From a virus, in the IMG/VR virus record IMGVR_UViG_3300042448_001704, positions 24,776 to 88,775 of that record: 64,000 nt of DNA, one strand, 5' to 3'. A model generated the notes under the pieces. That model saw only the letters and a program-made list of their open reading frames with translations. It was not told where the DNA came from and did no database searches. Shown here in pieces: positions 21,390 through 30,755 of the stretch. The position numbers and the translations under genes are program-made. The first letter of the stretch is position 1, and each line of letters opens with the position of its first letter.

Positions 21390-22895
21390 ATGAATAACAA
21401 AATATCTTTTGCAATAGTTGGTTCTGGCACAGCAGGATTAGTAGCCGCATTAATGCTAAGAAAAGCTTTTAGAGATGCAGACATAACCGTTATCTCATCT
21501 TCTCAAATTGGGATAGTTGGTGTTGGTGAAGGATCAACAGAGCATTGGAAAATGTTTATGGAATCTTGCGATATTCCAGTAGAGGAACTAATTGTAAATA
21601 GTTCAGCGACCCATAAAAATGGAATACGATTTGAAAACTGGACTAATCATACTCCCGACTATTTCCATAGCATTGGTGGAATAGATGAAATTTTTGCCAA
21701 CGGACTTTATGCATCCTATATGGGTATGATTGAAAATAAACAATTAATTACTAATCAGACATCAAGTGTTGGATTGGTAACTAACAAAATTGGACGCAAC
21801 AATATACACAAAACAGTAAATCAATTTCACTTTGATACATATCAACTTAACGACTATTTAATGGGTATATGTTTTAATAGAATGATTAAATTTGTTGAAG
21901 GAAATGTAGATTCGGTTAATCTAGATTCTGAAAATGGAACAGTCAAATCAGTCAATGTGAATAACGGAACCATGGTTGATGCTGATTTTTGGTTTGACGC
22001 AAGTGGTTTTTCCCGCGTAATCATGAATTCCCTAGAGAATACTGAATGGGAATCTTTTTCTCCTTACCTATTGGCGGATTCTGCAATCGCATTCCCAACA
22101 GAGTCTGACCCAAATGGCCAGATACGACCATACACACGCGCCCGTGCGGCATCTTCTGGTTGGATGTGGGAAATACCAACACAAGAGCGGCGGGGAAACG
22201 GTTATGTATTTTCGTCTGCGCACATATCTGTAGATAAAGCAATAGAAGAAGCTGAGAAGATTAGTGGATACAAGGTTAAAGACAATCCACGAACATTCAA
22301 ATATGATGCTGGTTATCTAAAAAATCAGTGGGTTAAGAATTGTGTTGCCGTTGGTCTTGCAGGTGCTTTTGTTGAGCCGCTAGAAGCGACAAGTATTGGT
22401 AGCACGATAATTTTAATGAAGTCTTTAATGCAAAGCCTTTCTTCATATACTAAAGAGTCTGAAAAAATGCAGACTGCATACAACAAGATGACTAAAGAAA
22501 CAATGAGAAACATACTAACGATGATAAGACTTCATTATGTTTCCGATAGAAGAGATACTCAATTTTGGATAGATCAATCAAACATGCCAATCAATGATGA
22601 ATTGCAAGAGCTGATTGATTTATGGTCAGAGCGTCCACCATCTCGGTATGATTCATACAATCAACAACATCTAATGTTTCAAACCCCTCATCTGGCTCAT
22701 GTAATGCAAGGACAAGGACTAATACCTCCTGAACCTTCCTCAATCGCCCTAGACAGACTCAACATAAGAGATATTGTACGTGCGGAAATTGATAAAATCA
22801 GAAATTCACGACACGCACATGAACTTATTGACCATAGAGTAGGGTTAATGGAAATCAAACTTATTGACGAGGAGTACAGCAATGGAATTCAATAA
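21390..22895 (+). CDS. Flavin-dependent tryptophan halogenase family protein
   Basis: GSGTAG FAD motif, GVGEGS, ATHKNGIRFENW (catalytic Lys position), WMWEIP, FVEPLEATSI. Confidence 0.9.
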   Translation: MNNKISFAIVGSGTAGLVAALMLRKAFRDADITVISSSQIGIVGVGEGSTEHWKMFMESCDIPVEELIVNSSATHKNGIRFENWTNHTPDYFHSIGGIDEIFANGLYASYMGMIENKQLITNQTSSVGLVTNKIGRNNIHKTVNQFHFDTYQLNDYLMGICFNRMIKFVEGNVDSVNLDSENGTVKSVNVNNGTMVDADFWFDASGFSRVIMNSLENTEWESFSPYLLADSAIAFPTESDPNGQIRPYTRARAASSGWMWEIPTQERRGNGYVFSSAHISVDKAIEEAEKISGYKVKDNPRTFKYDAGYLKNQWVKNCVAVGLAGAFVEPLEATSIGSTIILMKSLMQSLSSYTKESEKMQTAYNKMTKETMRNILTMIRLHYVSDRRDTQFWIDQSNMPINDELQELIDLWSERPPSRYDSYNQQHLMFQTPHLAHVMQGQGLIPPEPSSIALDRLNIRDIVRAEIDKIRNSRHAHELIDHRVGLMEIKLIDEEYSNGIQ

Positions 22896-23646
22896 AAAAG
22901 TGAAACCTGGTCAAGTAAGAATAACACCAGAAGACAATCGCTTAATGACAATGCCCCCATATCTTAATGGTCCAACAAGCATGCCTAAATGGTACAGAGC
23001 ATTAAGCAAGTCTCGTGGAATGAAGAAGTGCGCAGCAATAAACGACTATTTGTCTCTGGGGATGACAATGCCTCTTTGGAGCAATATCTTTTTTAGACCG
23101 TCTCCAGAAGGTAATTTTTGGGAATCACGAATTGAAAATATGCAACCCCCTCTTCGCAACCTTCAAATTGATGGTTTCAATTATGAACAACATGGGCAAT
23201 GTCCAATAACTGGAGTGCGCAAAATTGAAAATGCACAAATTCCTAAAATAGTAACTCCTTGGAGAATAGAAACAGCACCAGGTTGGTCTTGTTTGTTTCT
23301 TCCAGTTCTATGGGAACCAAGCAACGACTATGATGTTCTTCCAAGCATTGTGCATACTGATTTTTATCACACTGTAAACATTGTTTTAAATATAAAAACA
23401 AATACCGATTTTGTGATTCCATATGGAACATCGATGTATCACATTATTCCATTTAAAAGAACAAGTAATTTCAAAGAAATTAAATTTGAAGATGAATCAC
23501 GTTTTAAGTATGTTGATGTTACTGGATTTGGATCTGGATTCTTAATGCCAAGCACTGGAACAGCCGGACCATATAGGCGCGCCAGACACAAAATTGATTT
23601 AGGGTTAGAAAACAAAAAATCCAAATGGTGGAATTTTAATAAATAA
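22882..23646 (+). CDS. Hypothetical protein (DUF6065-like, usually beside phage 2OG oxygenases)
   Basis: PKWY..KKC, PWRIETAPGWSCLF, IIPFKR; GAGGAG RBS. Confidence 0.6.
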   Translation: MEFNKKVKPGQVRITPEDNRLMTMPPYLNGPTSMPKWYRALSKSRGMKKCAAINDYLSLGMTMPLWSNIFFRPSPEGNFWESRIENMQPPLRNLQIDGFNYEQHGQCPITGVRKIENAQIPKIVTPWRIETAPGWSCLFLPVLWEPSNDYDVLPSIVHTDFYHTVNIVLNIKTNTDFVIPYGTSMYHIIPFKRTSNFKEIKFEDESRFKYVDVTGFGSGFLMPSTGTAGPYRRARHKIDLGLENKKSKWWNFNK

Positions 23647-23692
23647 AACAAGGTATTGTCTTGTTTGCAATAAAGAAATATAGTTGTTTATT

Positions 23693-24274
23693 ATGAATGA
23701 AATTTTTCCATCAATCTGGGTCTATAGCCAGATATTTCAAAATTCGCAGCTAGTAATTGATTCGCTAGAAAAAGCGATAGATGAAAATGTTTTACTTAAT
23801 TGGGTTTATGCAAGTACTGGAAATCATCAAACTGATGGAAGTGTGAAAAACCCTTACAGGAGCAATAAGACCATCTCTCTGCCAAACGATATTAATACTG
23901 CCGATGGTTCCGGAAATCTTGATTCATTTATTTTTAATCAGGTAACAGAACTAACTAATGAATATTCGTCTCATTTTGGTTTAGGGGGAATGAAAGACGA
24001 AGGATATTCTGTTTTAAAATATGTTGATGGGGCGGAATATAAACAACATTTTGATTGTGGCGGGGATCACAAAGATCGAGTTGCTTCAATGGTTCTGTAT
24101 TTGAATGATGATTACGAGGGTGGGGAACTTGAGTTTCCATTTTTTGGAATCAAATACAAGCCCTCTGTCGGTGATGTGATTTTTTTCCCTTCTTCCTATA
24201 CTTTTGCCCATATTGCACATCCAGTTACGAGTGGAACAAAGTATGCTCTCGTAACATGGTTGGCCTATGAATAA
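23693..24274 (+). CDS. 2OG-Fe(II) oxygenase, prolyl 4-hydroxylase-like
   Basis: HFD, YLNDDYEGGEL, FPS...H...PVTSGTKY. Confidence 0.9.
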   Translation: MNEIFPSIWVYSQIFQNSQLVIDSLEKAIDENVLLNWVYASTGNHQTDGSVKNPYRSNKTISLPNDINTADGSGNLDSFIFNQVTELTNEYSSHFGLGGMKDEGYSVLKYVDGAEYKQHFDCGGDHKDRVASMVLYLNDDYEGGELEFPFFGIKYKPSVGDVIFFPSSYTFAHIAHPVTSGTKYALVTWLAYE

Positions 24275-24848
24275 TGTAGACACATTCCGCCAAAACAATT
24301 TTGTCTACCTTGGGAATATTATTTCACAAGATCTTGTTTCTGCCATTTCTGGATACGCCCTCCTTCAGGAAACATACGCTTTTACTCCTGACACTGAACA
24401 GGTAATAAATGCCCACGCTGTGTATTCAGACTTTTTAATGGAGTCACTATTGGTTCAGTACAAACCGATAGTTGAAGAAGCAACTGGTTTGTCCCTTCTG
24501 CCAACTTATTCTTTTTATAGGGTTTACAGAAGAGGTCAAGAACTGGTTCCACATATTGATAGACCGGCTTGCGAAATATCAATGAGTGTCTGTTATGACT
24601 TTGACTATATGGGTAAAGATTACGACTGGCCACTATATATGGAAGACGATCCGCTGGTTATGAAACCGGGCGATGCGGCTATTTACCGCGGTATGGACTT
24701 AAACCACTATCGGCCAATATTTAATGTTCCTCAAAACTCATACCATATTCAGGCTTTTTATCATTATGTTGATGCAAACGGTCAATATGCCGAATATGCA
24801 TATGATAAAAACAAAAACTCTCATCTGAAAGTAATAGAAACAAAATAA
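24267..24848 (+). CDS. 2OG-Fe(II) oxygenase-like protein
   Basis: PTYSFYRVY, HIDRPACEIS, GD..IY.G...HYR, QAFYHY. Confidence 0.8.
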   Translation: MNNVDTFRQNNFVYLGNIISQDLVSAISGYALLQETYAFTPDTEQVINAHAVYSDFLMESLLVQYKPIVEEATGLSLLPTYSFYRVYRRGQELVPHIDRPACEISMSVCYDFDYMGKDYDWPLYMEDDPLVMKPGDAAIYRGMDLNHYRPIFNVPQNSYHIQAFYHYVDANGQYAEYAYDKNKNSHLKVIETK

Positions 24849-24849
24849 T

Positions 24850-25140
24850 ATGTTTTTTAAGAAAATTATTTCCGCCATTAAGACCATGAGTTCCAAAGAT
24901 TACTGGACACGGGTTAACACCGTTGAAGCGTGGGGTTTTTCTACCAAGATTGCCATTATTTTTCCTGGTCTACTGTTGGGGAAGCAATTTTGGTGGCTCT
25001 ACATCTTTGCTATCGTTTCCAGCGTGGCTCTTATTTGGACTTCCACGAAGAAAACTCTTCCAACAATTATTTTGTTTAATGTCTTGTGGGTGATACTCGC
25101 AAGTTTGTCAATTATTAAACACTTTTGGTGGTTTGGCTAA
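24850..25140 (+). CDS. Small multi-TM membrane protein
   Basis: Three hydrophobic segments. Confidence 0.6.
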   Translation: MFFKKIISAIKTMSSKDYWTRVNTVEAWGFSTKIAIIFPGLLLGKQFWWLYIFAIVSSVALIWTSTKKTLPTIILFNVLWVILASLSIIKHFWWFG

Positions 25141-25184
25141 ATAATACCTTTCCATCAAAAGCCTTATAAATGCTAAAATAGGCC

Positions 25185-25592
25185 ATGGAACGATTCTGGT
25201 ATGGGGCAACCCTTAATAAAGTAATTGATGGGGACACCATCGAGTTAATGGTTGATCTTGGCTTTAATGTTCATCACAAAATCCGCGTTCGCCTATACGG
25301 TGTGAATACCCCAGAATCACGTACTAAAGATTTGGCCGAGAAGGCTATGGGGCTGAAAGCTAAACAATTTACTCAAGAATGGTTGACAAACCATAAGTGG
25401 GTATTTGTTAACACCATCCCAGACAAGAACGATAAATACGGCCGAGTCTTGGCTCGCATATTTTCTTCCGATGATATTAACAACCCGACTACTGCCTGCC
25501 TAAACATAGACATAATAGAATCTGGACTAGCCAGAGAATACTATGGCGTTGGCGACAAAACTTGGGATGAATATAAAAAGGAAACAAAGTGA
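25185..25592 (+). CDS. Thermonuclease (SNase-like)
   Basis: VIDGDTI, RLYGVNTPE, DKYGRVLA. Confidence 0.9.
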   Translation: MERFWYGATLNKVIDGDTIELMVDLGFNVHHKIRVRLYGVNTPESRTKDLAEKAMGLKAKQFTQEWLTNHKWVFVNTIPDKNDKYGRVLARIFSSDDINNPTTACLNIDIIESGLAREYYGVGDKTWDEYKKETK

Positions 25593-25957
25593 TGTCAGAA
25601 GAAAAATCAATATTCAGTATGATGATGGCAGGTATGCCAGTAAGAATCATGGACAGAACCGAAGCTTTCCAGCACCCTCTTGCTCCCGAAGAAAAAGAGC
25701 TGGCGGACGCCCTTGTTGGGATTGCCGAAAGATATGGCAAGTTCAATGAAGACAAAAAAGGAATCTGGGCAGGCTACGACGATGCTTCTAGTAATACTGT
25801 TGCAAGAATTGGTGTTAAGTGCGCAAACTGTGTTTTGTATATGGGTGATGGTCAATGCCGTATAATCCTTCAAACTGTTGAGCCTGAAGGAAAATGTAGA
25901 TTTGCTGTTATTCCTGATGGTGTCGTGCAAGCGACAATGAATAACCAGATTATTTAA
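25589..25957 (+). CDS. Hypothetical protein with HiPIP-like Cys motif
   Basis: CANC..Y....C.........G.C spacing. Confidence 0.55.
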   Translation: MMSEEKSIFSMMMAGMPVRIMDRTEAFQHPLAPEEKELADALVGIAERYGKFNEDKKGIWAGYDDASSNTVARIGVKCANCVLYMGDGQCRIILQTVEPEGKCRFAVIPDGVVQATMNNQII

Positions 25958-25969
25958 TAAGGAAATAAA

Positions 25970-26740
25970 ATGACATTTTTTAATGAACTATTGGGGGAAA
26001 TTAAAGGTTTTAGGTTTGAGCAAGACCTCAAAGCTCTTGGCAAACCAATAAGACCTAGAGGTCCTGATATTCCGTTAGACGGTGATGGTGATGGTTTCGT
26101 TGTAGATCCAATTACTGGAGACGACAATATTCCTTTTGTTCCCGATGTTGTTCCAAGGTCAATATCAATTAGAAAAAACCACAAGCCGGCACCAGCGATG
26201 GTTGATAAGTGGCAAAAAGACTTAGAAGACATGACACCTGTCTGGCGCGAAGATCCAATGAAAGCAGCTGATGGGTCATATTACGACTGGGAATGGGCTG
26301 ATGAAACTGTCTACAAACTTAGTCAAAATCCAGATGGTTCTACACTTTCCAAATATGACTTAGAGGGTATAAAGGCTCACTACAAAAAAGAAATTGATGA
26401 CCATAATCGCCGTGATCCAGAGAATAAGAGCAAATCTGAATTGGCTGAATCGCAAGCAGCGCTTGATGAGGTTCAAAAAATGATTGACGATAAGCCTCAA
26501 ACCGACAAACGAACTCCTGATCAAAAGTTAGATGCACTATTTTTTCAAACAAGAAAAGATAAAACTGGCCCTCCTGGAAAACAAGTCAGAACAAGAGAAA
26601 ATGACCGTCAAATACAACAAGATGCTGACAATATAAAATTTCTTCAAGAGCAATTAAAGCGCTTTGAGAAAGACCCAGAAAAGACAAAGCTAATCAACGA
26701 ATCAATATCTCACCTTCAAGAATTCAAGAAGAAGAAATAA
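25970..26740 (+). CDS. Charged hypothetical protein, possible internal virion protein
   Basis: DGDGDG motif; N-terminal G.IKGFRFE shared with next two genes. Confidence 0.6.
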   Translation: MTFFNELLGEIKGFRFEQDLKALGKPIRPRGPDIPLDGDGDGFVVDPITGDDNIPFVPDVVPRSISIRKNHKPAPAMVDKWQKDLEDMTPVWREDPMKAADGSYYDWEWADETVYKLSQNPDGSTLSKYDLEGIKAHYKKEIDDHNRRDPENKSKSELAESQAALDEVQKMIDDKPQTDKRTPDQKLDALFFQTRKDKTGPPGKQVRTRENDRQIQQDADNIKFLQEQLKRFEKDPEKTKLINESISHLQEFKKKK

Positions 26741-27186
26741 TGACAACCTGGGAAGACTATACGGGATCAATTGTGGGGTTCAGATTTGAATCAAAAGCAG
26801 ATAAAGAAAATTGTCCTCGCGCAACTCAAGACATTGGTGTAAATATTAAGAATCGCCAAAAAGCGATAGAGACTGCCGACTACGGCCCTTTAAACCCCAA
26901 AGAAGCAAACGATGCTTTCTGGAAGAAAAAAGGTGATCGTTGGGACGTTTCTCCAGAAGAAGCGAAGAAGCAAAAGTGTGGCAACTGTATTCTCTTTGTT
27001 CGTTCTCCACGAATTCTTAAATGTATTGAGGGTGCTCTCGGTAATGAGTCAGGTTCTACTTGGGACATCGTTGATGCTGGTCAAATAGGATACTGCGAAG
27101 CCTTTGACTTTAAGTGCCACTCAGAGCGCACTTGTGATGCTTGGGTTGTTGGAGGCCCAACTGTTACAGACGGTAAAGAAAAGTAA
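26740..27186 (+). CDS. Cys-containing hypothetical protein
   Basis: YGPLNP, CGNC, GYC...FKC...RTCDAW. Confidence 0.7.
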   Translation: MTTWEDYTGSIVGFRFESKADKENCPRATQDIGVNIKNRQKAIETADYGPLNPKEANDAFWKKKGDRWDVSPEEAKKQKCGNCILFVRSPRILKCIEGALGNESGSTWDIVDAGQIGYCEAFDFKCHSERTCDAWVVGGPTVTDGKEK

Positions 27187-27193
27187 CTACATC

Positions 27194-27805
27194 ATGCTTT
27201 GGAAAGATTATAAAGGAAGCATCAAGTCTATAAGATTTGAAAATAGCGAAGATTCTTTTGCTCATAATGAAAAATCATTAAAAGAGTGGTTTAAGGAAAA
27301 ATGGGTTGACTTATCTAGACCCAAAAAAGATGGTGGATTTGAGCCTTGCGGTAGGGACGACGCAGACAAGGGCAAATACCCTAAATGTGTTCCGGCTTCC
27401 AAAGCAAGCAAAATGACTGCTGAAGAAATCCGTTCTGCCGTATCTAGAAAAAGAAGAGCAGAATCAACTCAAGTCCGAGACGGTAATAAACCTATCAATG
27501 TCTCAACAGATAAAAAAGATGGTTCTGATATTGAAGAAAAATCAGCCATACCTACAGACGCTGTTTTGTATGCGCGGGTAAAAGCGGAAGCAAAAGCCAA
27601 ATTTGATGTTTACCCTTCCGCTTATGCCAATGCTTGGCTGGTTAGGGAGTACAAGAAAAGGGGTGGCGGTTATCGTTCTGAAAAGGCAGATAATGGCGAA
27701 TATGAAGAGTTGCTTCAAGACCTCACGGAAATTCAATTGTCTGATTTCTTTGATTGGGTTGACGAAAACGATAAGACTGCTAGGCTTCAAGTTCCTAACC
27801 CATAG
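27194..27805 (+). CDS. Hypothetical protein (DUF5872-like basic domains)
   Basis: WFKEKWVD, YPKCVP, YPSAYANAWLVREYKKRGG; in-frame ATG at 27194. Confidence 0.65.
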   Translation: MLWKDYKGSIKSIRFENSEDSFAHNEKSLKEWFKEKWVDLSRPKKDGGFEPCGRDDADKGKYPKCVPASKASKMTAEEIRSAVSRKRRAESTQVRDGNKPINVSTDKKDGSDIEEKSAIPTDAVLYARVKAEAKAKFDVYPSAYANAWLVREYKKRGGGYRSEKADNGEYEELLQDLTEIQLSDFFDWVDENDKTARLQVPNP

Positions 27806-27822
27806 TTTCGTTGAGGTATAAT

Positions 27823-27987
27823 ATGTCAGAACAACTTAATCCACAGTCAATTATTGATGAACTTATTAAAAGAGTAAATGCATTAACTCTTGAAAATGTC
27901 GTGCTCGCTGCGCAACTTCAAGATCACCGCAACCATCATGCTTCCAGCCAAGCAATTGATAAGGATGATGTATTTTCGGAGGATTAA
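27823..27987 (+). CDS. Hypothetical 54 aa coiled-coil protein (not in ORF track)
   Basis: MSEQLNPQSIIDELIKRVNALTLENVVLAAQL...; TATAAT immediately upstream. Confidence 0.6.
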   Translation: MSEQLNPQSIIDELIKRVNALTLENVVLAAQLQDHRNHHASSQAIDKDDVFSED

Positions 27988-27990
27988 CAT

Positions 27991-29448
27991 ATGGCGGCTA
28001 AAACAGTACACGCCTATACGGGCGCAGCTTATGTGGCCGCTATTCCTCGCAAGGCCTCAGCCTCGGCAATTAAAAGGATTTTTTCCAGCGTTACAACCAA
28101 CATCTGGGAAGGATATCCAAATGCTGTAACGTCCGTATCGGGTTCAAACACGGCCACCGGAACTTTCCCAAATAAAACAAGCAATGTAACAGTCTCGTGG
28201 AGCAATCCAGCGGACACTAGCTTGACTGCATCCTACGATATTTTCTTTGATGTCGGTAGTTCTGGAGCTTTTACAAAGCACAACTCAACAGCCATATCAA
28301 AGTCTTCTACTTCATACACATTTGGCGCTATTCCTGCTGCAACAAACTATAGATGGTTTATTAGAACGATTGGAACATCTGGTTTAACTACAGACTCTGC
28401 AACTTCTAGCGTTTTCTCTTTAAGTGCACCGGCTTCACGGTCATTAACAGCAAACACTGCTGTTTTAACGAATGGCATATCGTGGACTGCAACTGCTGGC
28501 GTGTATCAAAGATTTTATGTTTACTACTCTTCAAACAACAGCACATGGACTGGACCTATAGAAGTTGCTTCTAGTATTAGTCAAACTTCATACGCGTATC
28601 AGATAACGACCGTTGAAAACACAAATAGATATTGGCGCATGTCTGGTCAAAACACAAATGCACACTGGAGTCCAGAATCAATAGCAACGGTCTACACCCC
28701 TGTAAATTGCACTAACTATGGTACGGCAGGTGCAGACCATGGTTGGACTGCTGGAACACCAGTAGCCAACACGCCCACAGGAACATGTGGAAACAGGGTT
28801 TATACAAATACAACCACTTGGACTAAAACATTAGCAGGCACTATATGTTCTTCTTACACAACAACAAGTGGAGAAATAGCAGCGCCTAGTTGTGTTGATA
28901 GTTGCTACGATACTGGAACTGCGACAACTGAGACTATTGGTTGTCAATGTAGTGGTAGTTTTACGAGAACGACAACCCCCTACACAGCAAAATCGGGAAG
29001 TAACTGTGGGGCAAAAGCCAGTACCGTTTCAGATTCGGCGTGTGCTGGCAACTGCACAAACAGCGATGCTGATTGTTATACCGCCACTGTGACCGCTTGT
29101 GAATCTGGCATAAAAGATGGTGTTTCTGCAGCATGCGGAGCAGGAATAACATCATATGTTCCAGTTGAAACTGCTGTGCCAAAATGCGGAGACACGGCCA
29201 ATACTGGATCGTGCGGAAACTTTAATACTGAAGCTCCGCTTCCTGCTGGATGGATAAACGCTTCATCTCTATATGCAGGAACATTTCAAACACCTGGTTA
29301 TGGTATTGACGGTTGTGGTTGCGATGCCTTCCACGCGTACCGTAGATATCAATGCAGTACTGATGCTGCCATTATTAAAACAGTAGATTATGGTTGCATG
29401 CAGTGGACTCTTTCATGCGGTGGCGGCGGTAGCGGCGGAACTATTTAA
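27991..29448 (+). CDS. FN3-like plus Cys-rich fibre/adhesin-like protein
   Basis: Two FN3-like beta domains, then a Thr/Gly-rich half with 20 Cys; GGAGG RBS. Confidence 0.7.
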   Translation: MAAKTVHAYTGAAYVAAIPRKASASAIKRIFSSVTTNIWEGYPNAVTSVSGSNTATGTFPNKTSNVTVSWSNPADTSLTASYDIFFDVGSSGAFTKHNSTAISKSSTSYTFGAIPAATNYRWFIRTIGTSGLTTDSATSSVFSLSAPASRSLTANTAVLTNGISWTATAGVYQRFYVYYSSNNSTWTGPIEVASSISQTSYAYQITTVENTNRYWRMSGQNTNAHWSPESIATVYTPVNCTNYGTAGADHGWTAGTPVANTPTGTCGNRVYTNTTTWTKTLAGTICSSYTTTSGEIAAPSCVDSCYDTGTATTETIGCQCSGSFTRTTTPYTAKSGSNCGAKASTVSDSACAGNCTNSDADCYTATVTACESGIKDGVSAACGAGITSYVPVETAVPKCGDTANTGSCGNFNTEAPLPAGWINASSLYAGTFQTPGYGIDGCGCDAFHAYRRYQCSTDAAIIKTVDYGCMQWTLSCGGGGSGGTI

Positions 29449-29461
29449 CGTGTGGAAATAA

Positions 29462-30172
29462 TTATATTTCTATTTCTCTCAACATTTGAGTAGTTTCCTT
29501 AGGGGCAAACTCTTGTTGTTTTTCTTTAAACCAAGCCATCATTTTCGGAGACATTTGAGGGTAAGTCTCTGAAAGTTGCCTATGATTCACATCGCCTTTC
29601 AGATATCTTGCTAAATGCATATCTGGCAGTGAATCTATTTCATGAAGCAAACCTAAAGGAACTTCCAAGATATCTAGCGCAAGTTTTGAATATATTGCCA
29701 TTGGGTGATCCGAATTAAAAGGTTCTTCTACCATGAATGACCATTCACGCATATTTTTTAAAAGTTCAATTATTGATGTTCCAAACCATATTGTGCAAGG
29801 GGCACCGCTGGTGTCAAACAAATCGTCTGTGGCAAATGTATTTCCATCTATTGTGTTTTGATAGAACGCCACATATGTAATCACAAAATGAGGGGCAGCA
29901 TCAATTACTTTTACTCCAGATTGTATATCTAGTATTCCAAGAGGCATTCCTGTATAAGGAGATGTTTCTCCCATATACATACCTTCATCATGGTATGGAG
30001 TGTGAACTGTCGGTAATTCCATGCTGTAAGTCAAAGAATCACATCTGCCAGAATACGGAGTATTAACACCATCAACTACGAGCAAACTTTTATGAAGTAT
30101 GAAACGACCACGGTTGGCTGGTGATGCATCTCTGAAAGTTACCCAATCGGGGAGAGATTGGCTGTGTTCCAT
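29462..30172 (-). CDS. Hypothetical protein, paralog of 20284-21384
   Basis: RCD, EW....PFNS, DMHLARYLKG. Confidence 0.7.
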   Translation of the reverse strand: MEHSQSLPDWVTFRDASPANRGRFILHKSLLVVDGVNTPYSGRCDSLTYSMELPTVHTPYHDEGMYMGETSPYTGMPLGILDIQSGVKVIDAAPHFVITYVAFYQNTIDGNTFATDDLFDTSGAPCTIWFGTSIIELLKNMREWSFMVEEPFNSDHPMAIYSKLALDILEVPLGLLHEIDSLPDMHLARYLKGDVNHRQLSETYPQMSPKMMAWFKEKQQEFAPKETTQMLREIEI

Positions 30173-30173
30173 T

Positions 30174-30413
30174 TTATGATCCTAGTTTTGTGTCAATTAT
30201 TTTAAGGCCTTCGCACAGTCTGCTTATGGTCTGGTTATATGTCCACAACGAGTTAGAAGTTTCCAGAGTATTAGTAAAGGTTGTGTAGTCAAGGTCGTCT
30301 GGGTCAATTCCTCCCCTTATACACCATGTGTATAATTCGGCAAACATGCGAGAACGCAAGGCTTCCAAAGCTGCGGTTTTATCATCCGTATTTAAAAATT
30401 GTTCTAATCCCAT
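30174..30413 (-). CDS. Hypothetical protein, paralog of 20041-20268
   Basis: ELY...GIDPDDLD...DTKL. Confidence 0.7.
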   Translation of the reverse strand: MGLEQFLNTDDKTAALEALRSRMFAELYTWCIRGGIDPDDLDYTTFTNTLETSNSLWTYNQTISRLCEGLKIIDTKLGS

Positions 30414-30461
30414 TTTTTGGTTCTTTCCGTCCGTGCGCTTACCTCACACTAGTATAGAACC

Positions 30462-30707
30462 ATGGTATCTCATTGGGATGAATGGAAAAAGAAGAATGCT
30501 AAACGTCAGGAAACTGGCGTCGTACGACCGTGGGATGTAATAAACCCCGAAACGCAGTATCTGGAGCCAGAGGACGCTAAGGCGCGACTAGATATCTGTA
30601 ACAGCTGTGAGTTCCTTAATGCCCTGCATCAGTGCCAGAAATGTGGCTGCTTGATGCCTGTGAAGGTAACCCTAAAACACGCAACTTGCCCAATAGGAAA
30701 ATGGTAG
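30462..30707 (+). CDS. Cys-rich small protein (DUF6171-like)
   Basis: RLDICNSC...CQKCGC...K......CPIGKW. Confidence 0.75.
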   Translation: MVSHWDEWKKKNAKRQETGVVRPWDVINPETQYLEPEDAKARLDICNSCEFLNALHQCQKCGCLMPVKVTLKHATCPIGKW

Positions 30708-30755
30708 CCACTTAAAAACTGGTATAATTTCATAGTCACTACTTTAGGGAAGACT

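Noticed and set aside
19455-24848. Classical RiPP cluster
   Set aside because: The His repeats lie inside a 473 aa structural-type protein; no leader peptide, dedicated protease or exporter seen. Kept only as a protein-modification hypothesis
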